NCBI GenBank assembly: GCA_973895155.1
Contig: OZ316898.1
Coordinates: forward strand, 16,847,420 to 16,911,419
From: Marsupella aquatica
Taxonomy: Eukaryota; Plantae; Marchantiophyta
DNA length: 64,000 nt
Direction of reading: 5' to 3'
A program made the translations under genes and the position numbers. This document shows, one piece after another, positions 61,901-64,000 of this stretch. Every line of letters starts with the position of its first letter. Positions within the stretch are counted from its first letter, which is position 1. The notes below the pieces were generated by a model. That model was not told the origin of the DNA and ran no database searches. It saw only the letters and a list, made by a program, of their open reading frames with translations.

Positions 61901-64000
61901 CTACGAAAACCCTGTAACAATATTGGTCATGAGCTTCTCCTTTTGATGCATGTTCAGTCGGGGATTATTCTGACATCAACAAACGTGTACCAAATCAGCC
62001 AACTCAACCAAATTGAATGCATCATTTCCAATAAGAAAAGCAAAAATGAAGCCAGACTGGAAGGGGATCCACCTAAAATCCCAGGACATGGACAATCAAT
62101 TTGCTTCCTTAAAAAAATGACCAAAGAAGGAGCTCTGCTCAAGGCGAAGATAGAAGGGTTCTTAGCAGCATTTTGGAGCACAAATGGAGAACGAAGGATG
62201 TGCAACACAGTAAGCACAAGGCCAAGTTCAGTACAAGCTCATGATCTTCTTACAAACCTGCAAAGTGAGAAAAGCGCGTTGGGTGAAAGCAGCCACTTCC
62301 GGAGAAAGCGTTGGTGGCAACTTTTGAGATATTGTTTGCAGCTTCGCAATCTGCTGTCGGGCGGTCATTCGACCTGGACCCGCATATGCCTCCACTAGCT
62401 TTTCTAAGTCGGGAGCATTTGCTAATGATGTTTTCACTGCCTCCTGCTCATCAAATATGCAATTGAAAGACCACGCGCATCAGGGCAAGACTTCTACAAG
62501 CATTAGGATATGAATTTCCAAGGACAACATGTCAAACGTGGGTACTTTCTACATCGTAGATTTGAAGGGGACTTCATTTACTTCAGACTTCGTTCTTAAT
62601 TGTGACTTTCAAATAAAAGAATTTAGGTTTGATTGCACTCAGCAGGTATCAATTATAGTACCTGCCACTTTTGTTCCTGGGACAATTCCGCATCCTCGGA
62701 AAGGAAAAATGGTTTGTAACTCTGTAAATACTCCTCTAATGGCAAAACTGGTGGCTCATCAATGTCGGGATTTCTGTCAAATTCTTCCATGGCAAACTCC
62801 GGTTCAAATTGAGTCTGTAACATAAACAATTCGCGATTATGTCAACATTGACTCTGAGCAAGCTGGAATCAAAACTGCTGCATTTCTATCCAGCTCATTG
62901 TTGGAATACAGTTGATGCTCAAAATCACTGTCTTACCGAGAAGTTTTGAAGAAATTAATCACTCACAACTCCAAGGCCACTGCTTGGCTATATTAAAACT
63001 TCTCACAGAGAAAGGTTCAGCATCCGACTACTCAAAGTGCGTTCAATTGAAGGACAAGCACTTCCAGAGAGTAAACTCGATCTAATAGAACTCAGCACAG
63101 GAGGACAACAACCAAAAGCAAGAACACAAAAACATCGGTATGGTAGCAGAAGCAGGAAATCTGACGCCCTTACCAGAAACAGTGTATGAAGTCTCTCTTT
63201 AAATGTATCCTCTGCCTGGATCCGCAAAATTTGTGCTTCTTGTTCCGGAGTCAACTCAGTTGCCACAGCAGATTCAGACACAGCCATCGCTCCTTCACCC
63301 GATCTCGGCCGACGGGGCCTATCACGCCGTCTCGAGTCAGCACTTGGTCTTTGTCTTTCGTTTCGAGATCTTTGAGGCTGTGGTGATTGGGACGGCCCAG
63401 GGGCTCGGTTGAACCTGTCAGCCAAAAATTCAGTGGCATCTGCAAACTTTTCCATGCCGGCTTTCCTCCGCCGCTCGCCCTCAGCAGCCACATTTTTCTC
63501 TATTCCCTGTTCGAGGATTGAAATGGCTCGAGCTCTGGCCTCTTCCACTGAAAGCTGCGTCCTTTGGGGACTTGGAGGACGAGGTAGGTCTCTCCTGGCT
63601 TCATCTGGCCTCCTTTCAACACGTATCGGAGGCGTGTGTAACTCCTCCGGCTCGGCTCCGATTCCAGGCTGCGTTCCAACACCTGGCTGACCCCTGCCTC
63701 GTCCCAAGGCTCCCAAAGGCATAGATGGTTGAGCTTGAAAGATGGGCTTTGGGGGAACAGCACTCACTTGCTGCTGCTGGGGCTGCTCGTGCTGCTGCTG
63801 CTGCTGTTGCTCAGATGCAGGAGGCAATCGAGAAAAAGGCATGCGGAATGGGAGCTTCGGCTTCACTACTGGAGCTGAAGATTCAGGGTTTGGAGAGCCT
63901 TGGGGTTCGGTTTGGCCACCGAGCTTGGAAAGGAGGTTCTGCACAGCACTTTTCTTGGATTCGTCAGTAGTACTCTGCAACGGATGATCGAAGTCACCAC
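61901..64000 (-). CDS. 5'-truncated gene for a plant Pro/Gln-rich protein with a conserved C-terminal domain, resembling Arabidopsis At1g53645 (recalled as a mitoribosome small-subunit component; not verified)
   Basis: Exons >64000-63174 (frame open to window edge), 62814-62662, 62443-62258, 61969-61901, all GT..AG and phase 0. Spliced C-terminus: ...HTLFL/TQFEPEFAMEEFDRNPDIDEPPVLPLEEYLQSYKPFFL...WQ/EAVKTSLANAPDLEKLVEAYAGPGRMTARQQ...AFTQRAFLTLQ/NNPRLNMHQKEKLMTNIVTGFS*. The motifs EPE..M..F..NPDIDE.P, Y.GP.R.TA and the upstream GRGRG and LSVEEA match my recollection of that family. Confidence 0.85.

Overview
Eukaryotic nuclear DNA from a land plant. The long GC-rich leader and the three genes suggest a seed-free lineage such as a liverwort, but the organism is not established. 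About the first 45.9 kb has no recognisable intact gene. It is mostly CpG-poor and holds decayed transposons: an L1-type LINE relic, a solo LTR with intact TSD plus a second degraded copy, and Mutator-like, CACTA/G-ended and 8-bp-TSD MITEs. It also has tandem and dispersed repeats and a few CpG-retaining islands. The last 18 kb holds three spliced genes, assembled here exon by exon with GT-AG junctions and consistent phase: (1) a cellulose synthase-like A (gluco)mannan synthase on + (47622-52681, 8 coding exons, 542 aa); (2) a YjbQ/UPF0047 protein with a probable plastid transit peptide on - (58380-55644, 9 exons, last exon uncertain); (3) the 3' part of a plant protein resembling Arabidopsis At1g53645 on - (stop at 61901, 5' end outside the window). 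I found no convincing novel multi-gene system. The best leads are a MITE with unusual termini, a frame-preserving splice choice in the YjbQ targeting region, a CpG-rich structured island in the gene desert, and the uORF-bearing CslA leader.
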